A DNA stretch of 64,000 nt, from NCBI RefSeq assembly GCF_032191835.1, contig NC_083228.1, positions 71,548,001 through 71,612,000 of the forward strand, written 5' to 3'. The translations under genes were made by a program, and so were the position numbers. Under the pieces are notes generated by a model. It did not search any database and was not told where the DNA came from. It saw only the letters and a program-made list of their open reading frames with translations. Positions 47,192 to 59,900 of the stretch are shown one piece after another (positions within the stretch are counted from its first letter, which is position 1; each line of letters starts with the position of its first letter). This stretch comes from Heteronotia binoei (Eukaryota).

Positions 47192-49694
47192 TTATAGCTA
47201 GAACTTCTCTTGAGGACATTTACTTTGCTATAAAACTTAAATGTCTTGTTGTTGGAGAGGGTTTTTTTCCCTCCAGTGCTTCATCAGATTTTACACTTAT
47301 TCCCAAAACGTCTTCAGGAAAAAGACAAAGAAAAGAGGGGAAAACAATTTACTTCAATTTGTCTGTCCCCCCCCCCCCCGACTTTCCCATTTCCAATAAA
47401 GCTCTCAGATGAATGTACACACTCTTATTCCAGGAATGGGGAGGAGAGAAGACAAGTGTATTTAGGTACAAGAAAGAGAAGTTGGGAGAGGTGGATTGGT
47501 ATAGGCACAGATTTCATCAGGGAGTCAAATAGACTTAGTGAACCCCAGAGATAGTGATTGTGTAGAGATGGTGGGACCTGTGAGCTCATGCCTGCTTCCA
47601 CTGTGCACACATTCAGCTGGAGTTTGTTTTTTACAGCTGATTTTATGGCAGCTTTAGTGTAGTTTAGTAACACTATGAATCAGCAATGTATGTACAATGC
47701 TTTTAATATTAGCCAGTTGCTATTTTTTTCATTAGAAAAAAAAATGGAGGAGCTAGACGCAAAAAACACTCTGGAATGATATAAGAATTTTGTTGTTCCA
47801 TGTACCATTTAAATTTTGTCTCAGTCTTCCAGATAAATTTTGCATATAGTTCCAGGTTAAGTACAAAGGTGTCTTAAATTTTGCCTGCTGTCCTCATAAT
47901 GCAATATAAATGATCAACGTAGGTAGATGGAATAACTCCCTGAGGTTTTAAGACCCTTGCCTCTATACAGACAATGATCAATTCTATTTTGCGTATTGCT
48001 CTGTTAATTCATCCACCCAAATATCATTATAACTATTCTTAAACTGAAATAACATAATTTCATTTGGATGATTCTCCCAAGCCTCCTTTGACTTTCATGG
48101 GCTCCAGCTACATAAGGAAAGGAGGGGCTAAAAACACCCCCAGATAGTCATGTTCAACAAAGTGACCTTTCTACACATAAAAATCTGTATATTATTCATC
48201 CCAAATACAGCTATATTATTCTGAATTAATTGAAGCACTGCTGAAGCATTGACACACTTAGAATGACCCAGCTAGTGAATCAAATTTTGTCAAAATGAAC
48301 AAGCAACAAATACTTTTTGGATTGGACCCTGGTTGTTTGTCCATAATCCTCCAATGGGTTATCAATGAACTCCCATTTTGGTACAAAGGAACTGAGTGGC
48401 TCTAATCAACACCTGCCTGGAGGGCATGGAAGGACCTCTGTCGACTCAAAAAAGGCCAATAATGTAGCAATTCAGGAAGCAAATAGAGATTAAGTCTCAT
48501 GGTAGACAAAAGATATCCTGTGAGTTTCTTTCTCTCTCTTTGTTTTCTTGTGGTGTCTGCTTTTCTATTGTATTTGCCACTGAAAGACCCTTTGATGCCT
48601 TTTGAATCACAAGTAGTTGCTTGTGGTTGGCCTTGTTCTTGCCCTTTCTGTTAATGTTTCATTCCCAAATCTTAAGGAGCTTTAGAAGTCTGAATTAAGC
48701 AGTTCCTGAAAGAAACCACTGACCTTCTACTAGAGGTCATATCCATGCTTCAGCACACAATGACTTGGTGGGTAAAAGATAAGTCAACATCAGATCAACA
48801 TTTAGATCACCCGGAGTTCCGTGGATTCAACTCAGCTGAGACAACTTCCCACTCATGGCATATAGCATGTAGCATCCCAGTTCAACATACTGGGCTCCAC
48901 TAACAAAAATATTCACTTTTAGCACATTTAAAGGGGCTTAATGGCTGGCTTGTGCTCATTGTGGAAAATAGAAGAATTTCATTACAAAAGATAACTGAAG
49001 AATAGTATTTGAATATAACAGGAGTATTTGATTATGGCTCTAGTTCACCTGTTTTTATCTGAGCAGTACTGCTAATCTATGATGAGGAAAAGGTATGGTA
49101 CAACTTTCATTAGGGTGCTCCCATGTCCTGCAGATACTGTTGAGGCTTGGAAAAACAATGGCACTTTCTGAATATTTGCATTTTATAATTGTTTCTCTAA
49201 AGATCAGGCAGGGCAGAAATGAGCCAGCAGGGCTGTGCCTTCCCACCTACTGGCCCAGAGGAGGGAGCAGAATTTTAATAAGGTCTTGTAGTACTTTACT
49301 ACACCAACTACAACCTCTTTTATTATCTGTTTGTCTTTTGACACCCTCCTTGTTAACATACAGAAGTCCAGGACTTACAGGTAGGCTAAGTGGATTGCAA
49401 AATAAGATGGAAAATCAGTCAAACCTATCTTCTTGTCTCTCCAGTCTAAATTTAGAATTTAACTGAGCCATCTTTTCTTCTGGTATTTTAAAACTCTTTG
49501 AACTCTGATGATTCTCTAGATACAGGCAGCTGCAGTTTAAATCTATAAAAATCTATTGTTGAGGTAGGGTAGAATTGGCTCCAGAGTGGTCAGGCATGAA
49601 AAAACACTGGATGAATTTTATGACAACATAAGCATAGGGGAAAGGAGCAGTAGAGAGGAAGTTAAGTATATTGCTCTGAAGATTATCAGAGCAT

Positions 49695-49935
49695 AGATCA
49701 CTGAAACCAGGCTATCCATGTCCAGAAAGGAGCACAACTGGGTTGAAGTTGATGGAAAGCACTCCGACTCACCAATGCCACCTGAGTCTCAAGTGACAAA
49801 GATGGATCCAAAAGCACCCCCAAGTTATGAACCTGCTCATTCAGGGGTAGCGTGACCCCATCTGGAACAGGTTGAACACCCCATATCTGGTCAGAGGAAT
49901 TAGGTGGATTCAGGGCTCTGAGCCACTGTGTCTCT
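49695..49935 (-). mobile_element. L2 fragment
   Basis: DGVTLPLNEQVHNLGVLLDPSLSLETQVALVSRSAFHQL. Confidence 0.8.
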
Positions 49936-50254
49936 CTGCTCATGCTGAATGGTGGGGCTTAGCTACTGGGTGCCTTGGCAGAGGAACCACATTTTATACC
50001 CTCCTGATTGTGGACTCCTCTCCGCTGTTGGGATCTGGGTGCTACGTGGACTCAGGGCTCATGGCCACGCAAGAAATGTAGGGTCAGATGACAGCCTTGT
50101 GTGACCAGTACTCCAGGGGATCAGTGTCGGTGGGGCCAGGGGCTTGATAAGGTACTCCCTCACCATCACCTCTACTGATTCCTCTGCCAATGCACACCTG
50201 GCATCTCTGCCACTGCCAACCACCTGGTTCACTACTGAAACCAGTAGAGCAACT

Positions 50255-51490
50255 TAGAATCATAGAGTTGGAAGGGACCTCCAGGGTCATCTAGTCCAAC
50301 CCCCTGCACAGTGCAGGAAACCCACAAATATCTACTCCAAATTCACAGGATCTCATGTTCAGTGTATGATCCACTAAGACCCCTAGATCCTTTTTTCATA
50401 TACTACTGCTTAGACAAGTCTCTCCCATCCTATAAGTATGCATGGGATTTTTCCTACCTAAATGCAGAACTTTACATTTATCCCTGTTAAAATTCATTTT
50501 ATTGGTTTTAGCCCAATTTTCCACTCTTTGGGTGCGATCTGTCAACCAGTTACAGATCCACTTAACGGTAACAGGATCCAAACCACATTTTACCAACTTG
50601 TTAACAAGGATAGTATGTGGAACCTTATCAAAAGCCTTACTGAAATCAAGATAAACGACATCTACAGCATTCCCCTGATCCATCAAGGTAGTCACTTTCT
50701 CAAAAAAAGAGATCAGGTTAGTTTGACATGACTTGTTCTTGAGAAACCCATGCTGGCTCTTAGTAATCACATCCATTTTTTCTAAATATTCCAGGACCAA
50801 CCGTTTGATGATTTGTTCTAAAACTTTTCCAGGTATAGTCATCAAGCTGACGGGTCAGTAGTTACCCGGATCCTCTTTTTTGCCTGCTTCCAGTCTTCCA
50901 GCACCTCTCCTGTTCTCCAAGAATTCTCAAAAATAATAGCCAGAGGCTCAGAAATTATATCCGCAAGCTCCTTTAGAACCGTTGGATGCAGTTCATCTGG
51001 GCCTGAAGACTTAGTTTCATTTAAAGAAACTAGGTGTTTATGTACTACCCCTATGCTGATTCTAGGTTGGAACTTCATACTCTTCTTATATGTTCTGTTT
51101 TTGCCATATTGAGCACCATTTCCCTAAGAAGAGAAGACTGAGGAAAAGTAAAAATTGAGCAGTTCCGCCTTCTCTTCATTACCCGTTACAATTTCACTTT
51201 CCTGCCCTCGCAATGGGCCTACCATGTCTTTGCTCTTTTTCTTACTCTGAACATAAGAAAATAACCCTTTTTTATTGTTTTTAGCATCTTTGGCCAGCCT
51301 AAGCTTATACTGAGCTTTAGATTTCCTAACTTTTTCTCTACAAGCACTGGTAATTTGTTTATATTCATCCTTGGTTATAAGGCCCTCCTTCCAATTCCTA
51401 AAGGAATCTTTTTTTATTTCTCAAGTCTTTAGAGAACTGTTTATGGAGCCAACTCGGCTTCTTTAGGCTTTTTCAATTTTTTCTTCTCAT
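50255..51490 (-). mobile_element. CR1 LINE with internal deletions
   Basis: KSSGPDELHPTVLKELADIISEPL, QHGFLKNKSCQTNL and YLDFSKAFDKVPH. Reverse-complemented CR1 tail tagaatcatagag. Confidence 0.92.
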
Positions 51491-51729
51491 AGGAATAATC
51501 TGTGATTGCACTTCGCTTTTCGCTTTTAAGAAATGCTTTTTAAAGCATTTCGCTTTTAAGAAATTCCCACCCCTTTTAAACCCCCTTCTTCCTAAGTATT
51601 TCCTACCATGGGATTTTACCCAGCATAGTTCTAAGTTTATCAAAGTTTGCCTTTCTTTCTGGTTAGGCTCTTTGAGGAAGAGGTGCTGGGCTGAAGCTCC
51701 TCCTTCTCTTCCCCAGCCTCTTCCATCTG

Positions 51730-52300
51730 CTGTTCCTTCTGGCCATGTGTGCTTTTGGGGCCTCCACACTTCCTTGCAGAGCTCATGCATCCATTGCAAG
51801 AGATCTGCATTCAGGAAAGCAATGATGTCTTTTATCCGGGGGTCACAGGCACAGGCTGTCTTATTTATTGCAGAGAGGTTGCAACCTGGTGGTGAATCCC
51901 ACCTGCAACCTCTCTGCAAGGCCCTGACTCAGTGTGGAGGCCAGAGGTCAGTCCAGCTCTTGAATAAAGGTATGACTTGCCCCAGGCTGGCTGCATGACT
52001 GCACAGCACATTGGTAGTATGCTGAAGGGGCTTGAAGACATATACCATTTGGAAAAAGGGTCAGCCAGTGTCTGGAGCTGATGCTGAGCTCCTCTTCCTG
52101 TGCAGGATGGTCATGGAGAAGATGACATCCTGTGCAGTGCTCTTCTGTTCCACCAAATTCACAATCATGGTATAGGTGGAGTTCCTCATCCCCCTGCCTC
52201 TTGGACAGCAGCTAGATAGACTTGATGCTGTCAAGAAGTGGCAGCCAGGTGCCATCAGGTCTTGAACAAGGACTGCATCCTGAGGTAACATCCCAGATAG
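51730..52300 (-). pseudogene. hAT (Ac/Tol2/ZBED-like) transposase fossil
   Basis: Manual translation across frames gives RNSTYTMIVNLVEQK (cf. RWNSTYxMLxRLxEQ), VFKPLQHTTNVLCSHAASLGQVIPL (cf. LKPFxxATxxLSxxxxSLSxVIPL) and ACACDPRIK (cf. ATxLDPRFK), in the expected order. Confidence 0.75.
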
Positions 52301-52351
52301 CATTGAAAATGTAACTCCAGCCCTCACCACCAGCTGAAATGTATGTGTAAA

Positions 52352-52450
52352 CCAGTTTGGTGTAGTGGTTAAGAGCAGTGGAGTCTAATCTGGAGAACTG
52401 GCTTTGATTCCTCACTTCTCCACATGAAGCCAGCTGGGTAATCTTGGGCA
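52352..52450 (+). mobile_element. Squam3-type SINE 5' half
   Basis: ccagtttggtgtagtggttaag A box and a degenerate B box. Confidence 0.75.
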
Positions 52451-54317
52451 GAAAATATTGTTTGGGAGTGGGTAGCTATGGCAAAATGTTGTAATGATGC
52501 ATATGTTCTAATTATTCTCACACTAGATGGTTCTCTTACCTTTCCAGTGAAATGTAATTTTTTTTTTTTGTATTTGACACTGCAAATGGCAGATGGGGTG
52601 TGTGAAGAAATGCATTTTTCCCTCCTCTGGGAGGTTTGAAAGGAATGAAACCTTTTAACAGTTTTTTCTTCTGTGTGTAAAGAACAGGCTGAGAAGGAGA
52701 AAGTCAGTCAATGGTTATCTAAGTTCACCTCAGCTACTTCTTAAAATTGTTAATAGGTCTAGCTAGAGATAATAGGTGGGTTGAGCTCTCCCCCTTTCCC
52801 AAACAAGAACACAGATTTGGAGAAACAGAATGCAAGAGATTCCTGTAGATCTCCGGGGAAAGCCTCTTTGACCTGGCATGATCTGGTCAGTAGGAGGAGA
52901 AACAGATATGATAAAAAGTCCTTGCATCAGAAAGAAGGTCTCTTTTCCTTGCATCCATGAGTGCACACAGACTTCTCCACTGGGAAGGCAACCATAGACC
53001 ATGTGCTCACCTCAAGAATTGGAGCAAACTTCAAGGTAATAAAACTTTGTAGATATCTGGAACTCCTAAACTAAAGAGCCTGTCCTATTTTATCATCTGA
53101 TAGGGCATGTATAGAGAAAGAAACAGAGGATCTGCATGTTTCTCATTTCTTTTGGAATCCCTTGGTCAATGTGGTGCTATACTAAAAGTATGCTTGCAAA
53201 CATTTCTTCTTAAATAAATGCTTTATAACTTTTTATGCTGGCTATAGTTCTCTGTAGCACATAGACCTCCACCATCTCAGACCTACTCTTTTAAAAGAAG
53301 TGCCAAGGGGCAGGCAGGCAGTTGGCAAGTGACTATTCCTCCAGAGGTGACAAGGCAGTAAACTGTCCCCAATGGTGACCTAACAGTGGGCAGCAGGAGA
53401 CACAGAAGCAAGGTCTCACAATTTAGAAGGGAAGGTGGGGATTCCTGACCCTCCCAGTGCGTGATTCCATACAAAGATCAAGTGGCAGCAGCAAGGTAGC
53501 TGAGAGTGAAAGAAAAGCCTCTCCGGGTGTTGAGAAAAACCTTGGAAGGTAGGGTGGAATAGGGCCAGCAAGTCAGAGCTGGCACATTCTGCCACAGGGA
53601 ATAGAGATGATAGTGGACAAAATGGAATCTGCAGGAAGTGGCATGCACATTCACATGTTCTACATCATTGGGAACAAAAGCGTTCCCATACAGACAGCTT
53701 GTCAAATCTTCAGTGATACTAGATGAAACTAGTAGACATTTTGTGAATTGAAACTTGAGACTGAGAATCTCTAGTTATGAGTCAACATATATTTGATTGA
53801 CAAGAGGGTCAGATCTTGAGCTATAATTGAGATCATCACCTGAGAGGAATCATAATTCAGAATACCTATTCTGTAACATCTCAGAATCTACTTGAATATG
53901 CCTAGAAAAAGTGATTGCAAACTATTGAAAAAATGCACAATGCAGGCAGACTGAATGTTCCATCTGCATCTCCTATGGCTACGGATTGACAGTGCAAAGT
54001 AATACATATATAGACTGCAAAGAAGCCAGAATCATATTTTGCGATAACAGCATTGTTTGTCAGTGTTCTGTGTTACTACAGAGACTTAGATATGCTAGAA
54101 TTGAATTTCAGTTAAATATCTGGATTTTCATTTGGCAGCATTCTGACCAATCAAAGATGAGGCTCTGAAAAGCTCCTATGGATGAAATCAAAGTATCTGT
54201 ACTTTTTCTTTCCGTTCCACACAGCATGTTCAAATGATTTACCATTGTGCTAATGAAATCTTGGATATACTTTGCTGCTCTCATTCATTAACTTGTAAAA
54301 TATTTTCAGGTGGTGAC

Positions 54318-54333
54318 ACTTCCGGTTATGGCG
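54318..54333 (+). promoter_or_regulatory. Putative internal promoter motif (ETS-like ACTTCCGG plus YY1-like ATGGCG)
   Basis: Located at the element's first bases, with variants at the 5' ends of the other L1s. Function is inferred. Confidence 0.5.
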
Positions 54334-55969
54334 TGGTGCGGCTGAGCCTTTCCCGAGCTCCGGGAATCGCGCTGTTTTGCTGAGCATTTGGGGGGACCTT
54401 CCGTAGGGGAGTGCCCTCTAAAGAAACGTCAGAAGACGTATCGCAGTTTGGGGAGTCTTCTGGGATCGGGGGGGAGCGGAGGCTCCTCTTTCAAGCCCAG
54501 ACTGTCCCTATAGCCGATGCCTAGCAACACTTCAGTGACAAACTGGGCCACCGGAGAAGGGAACGAGCAGAGACAACATTCTATATCCGAAAAAAGAACG
54601 ACTAAAAGAATTGAGGCAAGAAGTTTTGTTCCCACGCCAGCTGCTGGCGGCGGAGACCCAGCAGCTGAGCTGGTATTGAGCGCAGACAGGAGACACTGGC
54701 TGGGAACAAGGAGCGGAGAGCGGAGCGTACCGGATGAATGGCGCATGAGAGTGCAACACAAATATAGCAGGTACGAGACTATTTGAGACTATTTGAGATT
54801 ATTCTGGCCAAGGAGAAGACTAAAGATTAAATTCAGTTGCTCAAATCAGGTTGAAACGGGGACGGTGCATCTGAATCAGAAGGCAGGGAAACTGATGATG
54901 AACAGTGGCTGTAATGGCGGAGGTTGTAAGATAAAGCGAAGAGACCTCCAGGCGGAGTGAGTTTTTTGAGAGCTGGAGCAATAGACAGGGAGGTCTAAGG
55001 TGAATAATATAATATTACAGCAGAGGAAAAGAAAAGAAAGAAAATATAAAATACAAGAAGAGAGACCAGAAGGGAGAGTGGAAAGTGGAAACTGACTAGA
55101 TAAACCGCTGGACTTTGACACGTGGAGAGCAGATTAATGGCGATGTTGCGGTGGTTTGAAAGTGAAAGTATGAGACGGGGAAAGGGAGGCGTTTGACTAC
55201 AGGCAAGACTTTTGGAAACTATTTAATGGTCCAGAATTGTGTAAAAGAAAGAAGGGAAGAAATCTAAGTGTGGTGCCTGGAGATATAATTTGGTAAAGGG
55301 TGGGGAGAGGGTTTTTAGCAGCGGTTGCGCTGCGGCCGTCTCTCCGCTGAAGATGGGCTTTTGGCTGCTTTGAAGTCATATGAACAATCTGCGTGGTCAA
55401 GAATAACGAAGTCTAGATAAGGACAATAACTATAGAAAGGAAGGAGCACGGAAGAAGGTTATCCTATTGTGGAGGAAGAAGAAGAGCAGGAGAAGGAGAA
55501 AGAGGAAGGTGCAAGAAAAAGTGAACTTAATAACTAACTAAAGTGAACTAACTAAAGTGAACTTAATAACTAATATCTTGTAGGAAGAGAACTTAAACTA
55601 AAGGGTAGAAAACTGGCTAAATGTTCTGTATATAATTACTGGGTGTATAAACTATAGATATAATTGTTGTATAGTGGTAAGGAGAGTATCAGATATTTGA
55701 TGTAATATTTGTATTAAATAAGGAAAGTAGTCATTTATGTAAGGATAAATTAAGATAGTAGGGTAATTGATTAATTGTAATTAATTAAGATACTAGGAGT
55801 TTAAGGTAATTGTGCTATTAAGGAAATAGAAATTAATGTAATGAACTGAACAGTTGCTGATTATAAGAGGCTTCGGGAACTGAGGGATTAATTGGATTAT
55901 TTGATTAATTAATCAACAATTAATTAAGTATATCCCCTGAATAAGGAGAAACTATCCAAAGATTCAGAA

Positions 55970-56980
55970 ATGGGTCCCAAAAAGTTTGGGCAAGGTACCC
56001 CCTCACCAACCCCTGGGGGAGGGGGAAAATCAATACCAGAAGCAACAAATCAAGATGCCATTGAGAAATTGCAAAACTTAGTGACGGCTGGGTTTAGGCA
56101 AAACCAAGAAGTGTTAGAGACGATGAAAGCAGATTTAATGGGCCAGATAATGAAAACAAACAGACAAGTTGAGGAATTCCAAAAGCAGTTATTAGTGAAT
56201 ACCCAACAAATGCATAGTTTGGCCGCTAAAGTGGACAAAATAGCTGAAAGTGAGAAGGAGATGGCCAACACAACCCGAGAAAATAAAACAAGGATGACCA
56301 ATCTGGAGGAAAGAGTTATAAAGTTAGAGATGGAAAAAGCAGCGTATATATTGCGCTTTCAAAATTTACCTGAGGAAAAGAATGAAAATATAATAGAAAA
56401 AATCTCGGAACTGCTGACCTTTGAAGATGATCAATGCCTGGAGGAGGGAAGGAGAGACATTGAGTGGGCCAGAAGAATATCCTCCAACTACACGAGGAAG
56501 TATAATTTAGCAAGAGAGGTGCAAGTGAAATTCACCCACCTCGCAACATGTGAAAAGATTTTGAAAAAAGTTAAAGAACAGGGACTGAAGTGGAAGGATG
56601 CCAACATAAAAGTGTTGAAAGATGTGCCCTGGGAAGTTCGTCAGCGTAGATCCAAATATCGTAAATTAACAATCTGGTTGATGAAGCATTCAGTGCAATT
56701 CAGATGGTTAATCCCAGAAGGGGTTTTCTTTATATATCAAACCAGAAGACATAACATAACATCGTTGGAAAAATTAGAGGAATTTTGGGATCAATATGTG
56801 GATCTAAGTAGTCGTGAATCGGAGACGGGAGATGAACAAGAAGAGCAAGAAGAGGAAGACGGTCGAAGTAAAGTAGAAGAGGGCGCTGTGCAGAAGCTGT
56901 GGAAAGAAGGAGTTAAGACAAGGACCCGAACTAAAAAAGCTCAGGAAACATATTCTGATAGTATTGATTTGCTAAAATGA
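55970..56980 (+). CDS. L1 ORF1p (coiled coil, RRM-like, CTD, acidic tail), 336 aa
   Basis: Open ORF upstream of ORF2 with heptad-like N-half and ILRFQNLPEE / VLKDVPWEVR motifs. Confidence 0.92.
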   Translation: MGPKKFGQGTPSPTPGGGGKSIPEATNQDAIEKLQNLVTAGFRQNQEVLETMKADLMGQIMKTNRQVEEFQKQLLVNTQQMHSLAAKVDKIAESEKEMANTTRENKTRMTNLEERVIKLEMEKAAYILRFQNLPEEKNENIIEKISELLTFEDDQCLEEGRRDIEWARRISSNYTRKYNLAREVQVKFTHLATCEKILKKVKEQGLKWKDANIKVLKDVPWEVRQRRSKYRKLTIWLMKHSVQFRWLIPEGVFFIYQTRRHNITSLEKLEEFWDQYVDLSSRESETGDEQEEQEEEDGRSKVEEGAVQKLWKEGVKTRTRTKKAQETYSDSIDLLK

Positions 56981-59900
56981 ATACCAGGTTTGGAATGCAG
57001 ATCACTTCAGTTAACGTGAACGGCTTGAATGACCCAAGAAAAAGAAGAAGGATATTCCAACAACTTAGGAAAACAGCATCTTCAATAATTTGTCTGCAGG
57101 AGACGCATATTCAAGAAAAAGATATAAAATATTTACGAAATGAAAAATTAGGCACGCTCTACCATTCATCTGACCCAGAAAGGAAAAAAAAGGGGGTAGC
57201 AATATATGTATCTAAGTCTATCCAATCTAGCTGTTTATATTCAGATAAGAAGGGAAGAATAGTGATGGTAGAGATAGAATATTGTGGAAAGAAATTGATA
57301 TTAGTTAACATTTATGCCCCCAATGAAAATCTTGCAAAATTTTACAAAACTCTGCATAAAAAATTGATGGAATTTGAACTTAAGAACTGCTGTATTATAG
57401 GTGACTTTAACGCGGTCTTCGACACAGAAAAAGACAAAAAATTTGAAGAACAAAAAAAAAGGAAATTGAGATGTAGTTTACCCAAAGAGTTCTTAAAACT
57501 AGCTGATGAGTTTAATCTAGTAGACGTGTGGAGAACAAAGAACCCTGCAACCAAGGACTATACTTATTTCTCTTCTGCACATAGGTGCTGGTCGAGAATT
57601 GATATGTGTTGGTTGGCGGCTGACTTAATGTTATCTGTTCAACAGGCAGATATTTTACCTAGTACATATGCTGATCATAATCCGATCCAGATTAATCTAA
57701 TAGGTACAGTGAAGAGCTCACGGTGGACGCTTAATTTGCAAATTCTTAAGGAAACAAAGTTTCTGGAGGCAACAAAGAAAGAAATAAAGGAATTTTTTCA
57801 GCACAACCTAACCAAAGATACCAGTATGCACATCATTTGGGATACATTCAAGGCTTTTTTTCGTGGGATTGCAATAAAGTATACAGCAGGGAGGAAAAAA
57901 GAACGTTTGAAGACCTATAAGGATTTGGTTCAAAAACTAAGCGAACAAGAGCAGCAGTTAAAGATAAAGAATATAGAAGAAATAAGATTAAAGATTTCAG
58001 CTATTCAACACCAAATTAACCTAATACTAATGGAAGAAGTAGAAAAGAAGATGAAATGGATGAGACAAACTCACTTTGAAAGTGCAAACAAAGCCAGCCG
58101 ATGGCTAGCATACAAACTAAAAAAGGAAAGAAGTAAAAAAATCATAAAATCGCTTAAAGATGAAGAAGGAAAGGAGACAACACAAACCAGCCAGATGAAA
58201 ATAATAATTCAAAGCTTTTATCAAAAATTATATAGGGGTCAAGAAATCCCCAACCAGTTACAAGAAGATTATATTGCAAAGACTAAATTTAAACAGTTGA
58301 CGCAAGAACAAAAAGAAAAACTAGAAGTTCCAATAACCATGCACGAGATTGGAGAAGCGATTAGCCAACAAAAGACGAATAAAGTACCAGGACCGGATGG
58401 TCTCCCCATTGAATTTTATAAAGCGTTTGAAGGAGATCTGCTCATCCCGTATAAAAACGTAATTGATGAGGTGCAAAAGAACGGTGGAATACCAGCATCT
58501 TGGAAGGAAGCACTTATTACCTTGATACACAAAGAAGGTACAGACCCAGCGGAAGTAAAGAATTATAGACCTATCTCGTTGCTAAACAGTGATTATAAAG
58601 TTTTCGCTACGGTGCTGGCAAACAGACTTAAAAAAGTTATAAGTGCGGTTGTCCATGAAGACCAAACGGGCTTTGTGCCAGGTAGACAAATGAAACAAAA
58701 TGTGAGATTTTTAATGAATACTCTTGAATACTACAAGGAACATCCTGAGAAGCAGGTGGCTTTAATATTTGTAGACGCGGAAAAAGCCTTTGACAATGTT
58801 AATTGGAATTTTATATTGAAATCATTGGAGGCAGTAGGTTGTGGAGGGAATTTCCGTGGACTGGTGGAAAATATATACACAGAACAAAATGCAAGGATTA
58901 GCTTTAATAATACTAAAACAGACTTAATCGCGATAGCACAGGGTACAAGACAAGGCTGCCCCTTATCGCCATTATTATTTATATTAACACTAGAGCTGTT
59001 AACTCAAAGAATAAGGAATGAAGATCAAATAAGAGGTATTAAAATTAGGGGAGAAGAGCTGAAGATCCAAGCCTTTGCAGATGATTTGCTGTGTATTCTA
59101 GAGGACCCCAATGTATCTATTGAAGAACTGAAAGAATCATTAAAACAATATGGACATGTATCGGGACTCAAAATTAACGCGCAGAAGACGAAATTTTTCA
59201 CAAAAAATATGAATAAAGAGCAAATTGACCAATTTGAAGCTAAATCAGAATTCGCATATGGGAAAAAAGTGAAATATTTAGGAATCCAAATGACTAGTGA
59301 ACTTAAAGACCTGTACCGGGACAATTATGAGAAACTAATAAAAGAAATTCAAGAGGATTTAAACAGATGGCAAGATTTGCATATCTCTCTTCTGGGCAGG
59401 ATTGCAACTATTAAAATGAATGTGTTGCCAAGAGTATTATTTCTCTTCCAGATGATTCCTATTATGCTTCCAAAGAAATTTTTCCAACAATTGAACAAAA
59501 TAATCCTATCATTCATATGGCAGAATAAAAAACCCAGAATCAGGTTAAAAGTATTGCAGGACAGTAAATTGAGAGGTGGGCTGGCCTTGCCAGAATGGAA
59601 CTTGTACCACAAGGCTAGTCGGATAACTTGGCTAATAGAGTGGATTGTATTGAGAAATAAAAGAATGTTGACCTTGGAGGGGGCAGGTTTGGGGAGAGGG
59701 TGGCATGGATATCTTTGGTACCAAAGCCCCCCACCAAATAGTCTATTTTGGAGACATGAAATAAGGAAATCCCTCTTTAGGGCTTGGATGGATATTAGAA
59801 AGTTCTATTTCTACACCCAACTGTGGTTATCACCAGTAGAGGCTCACACTCATCCCAATCTTTATGATTGGAATAACCTAAATGACTATCAAAATCTATT

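Noticed and set aside
54429-54786. uORF or antisense ORF0-like peptide in the L1 5'UTR
   Set aside because: Short ORFs in GC-rich DNA; conservation cannot be assessed from a single copy.
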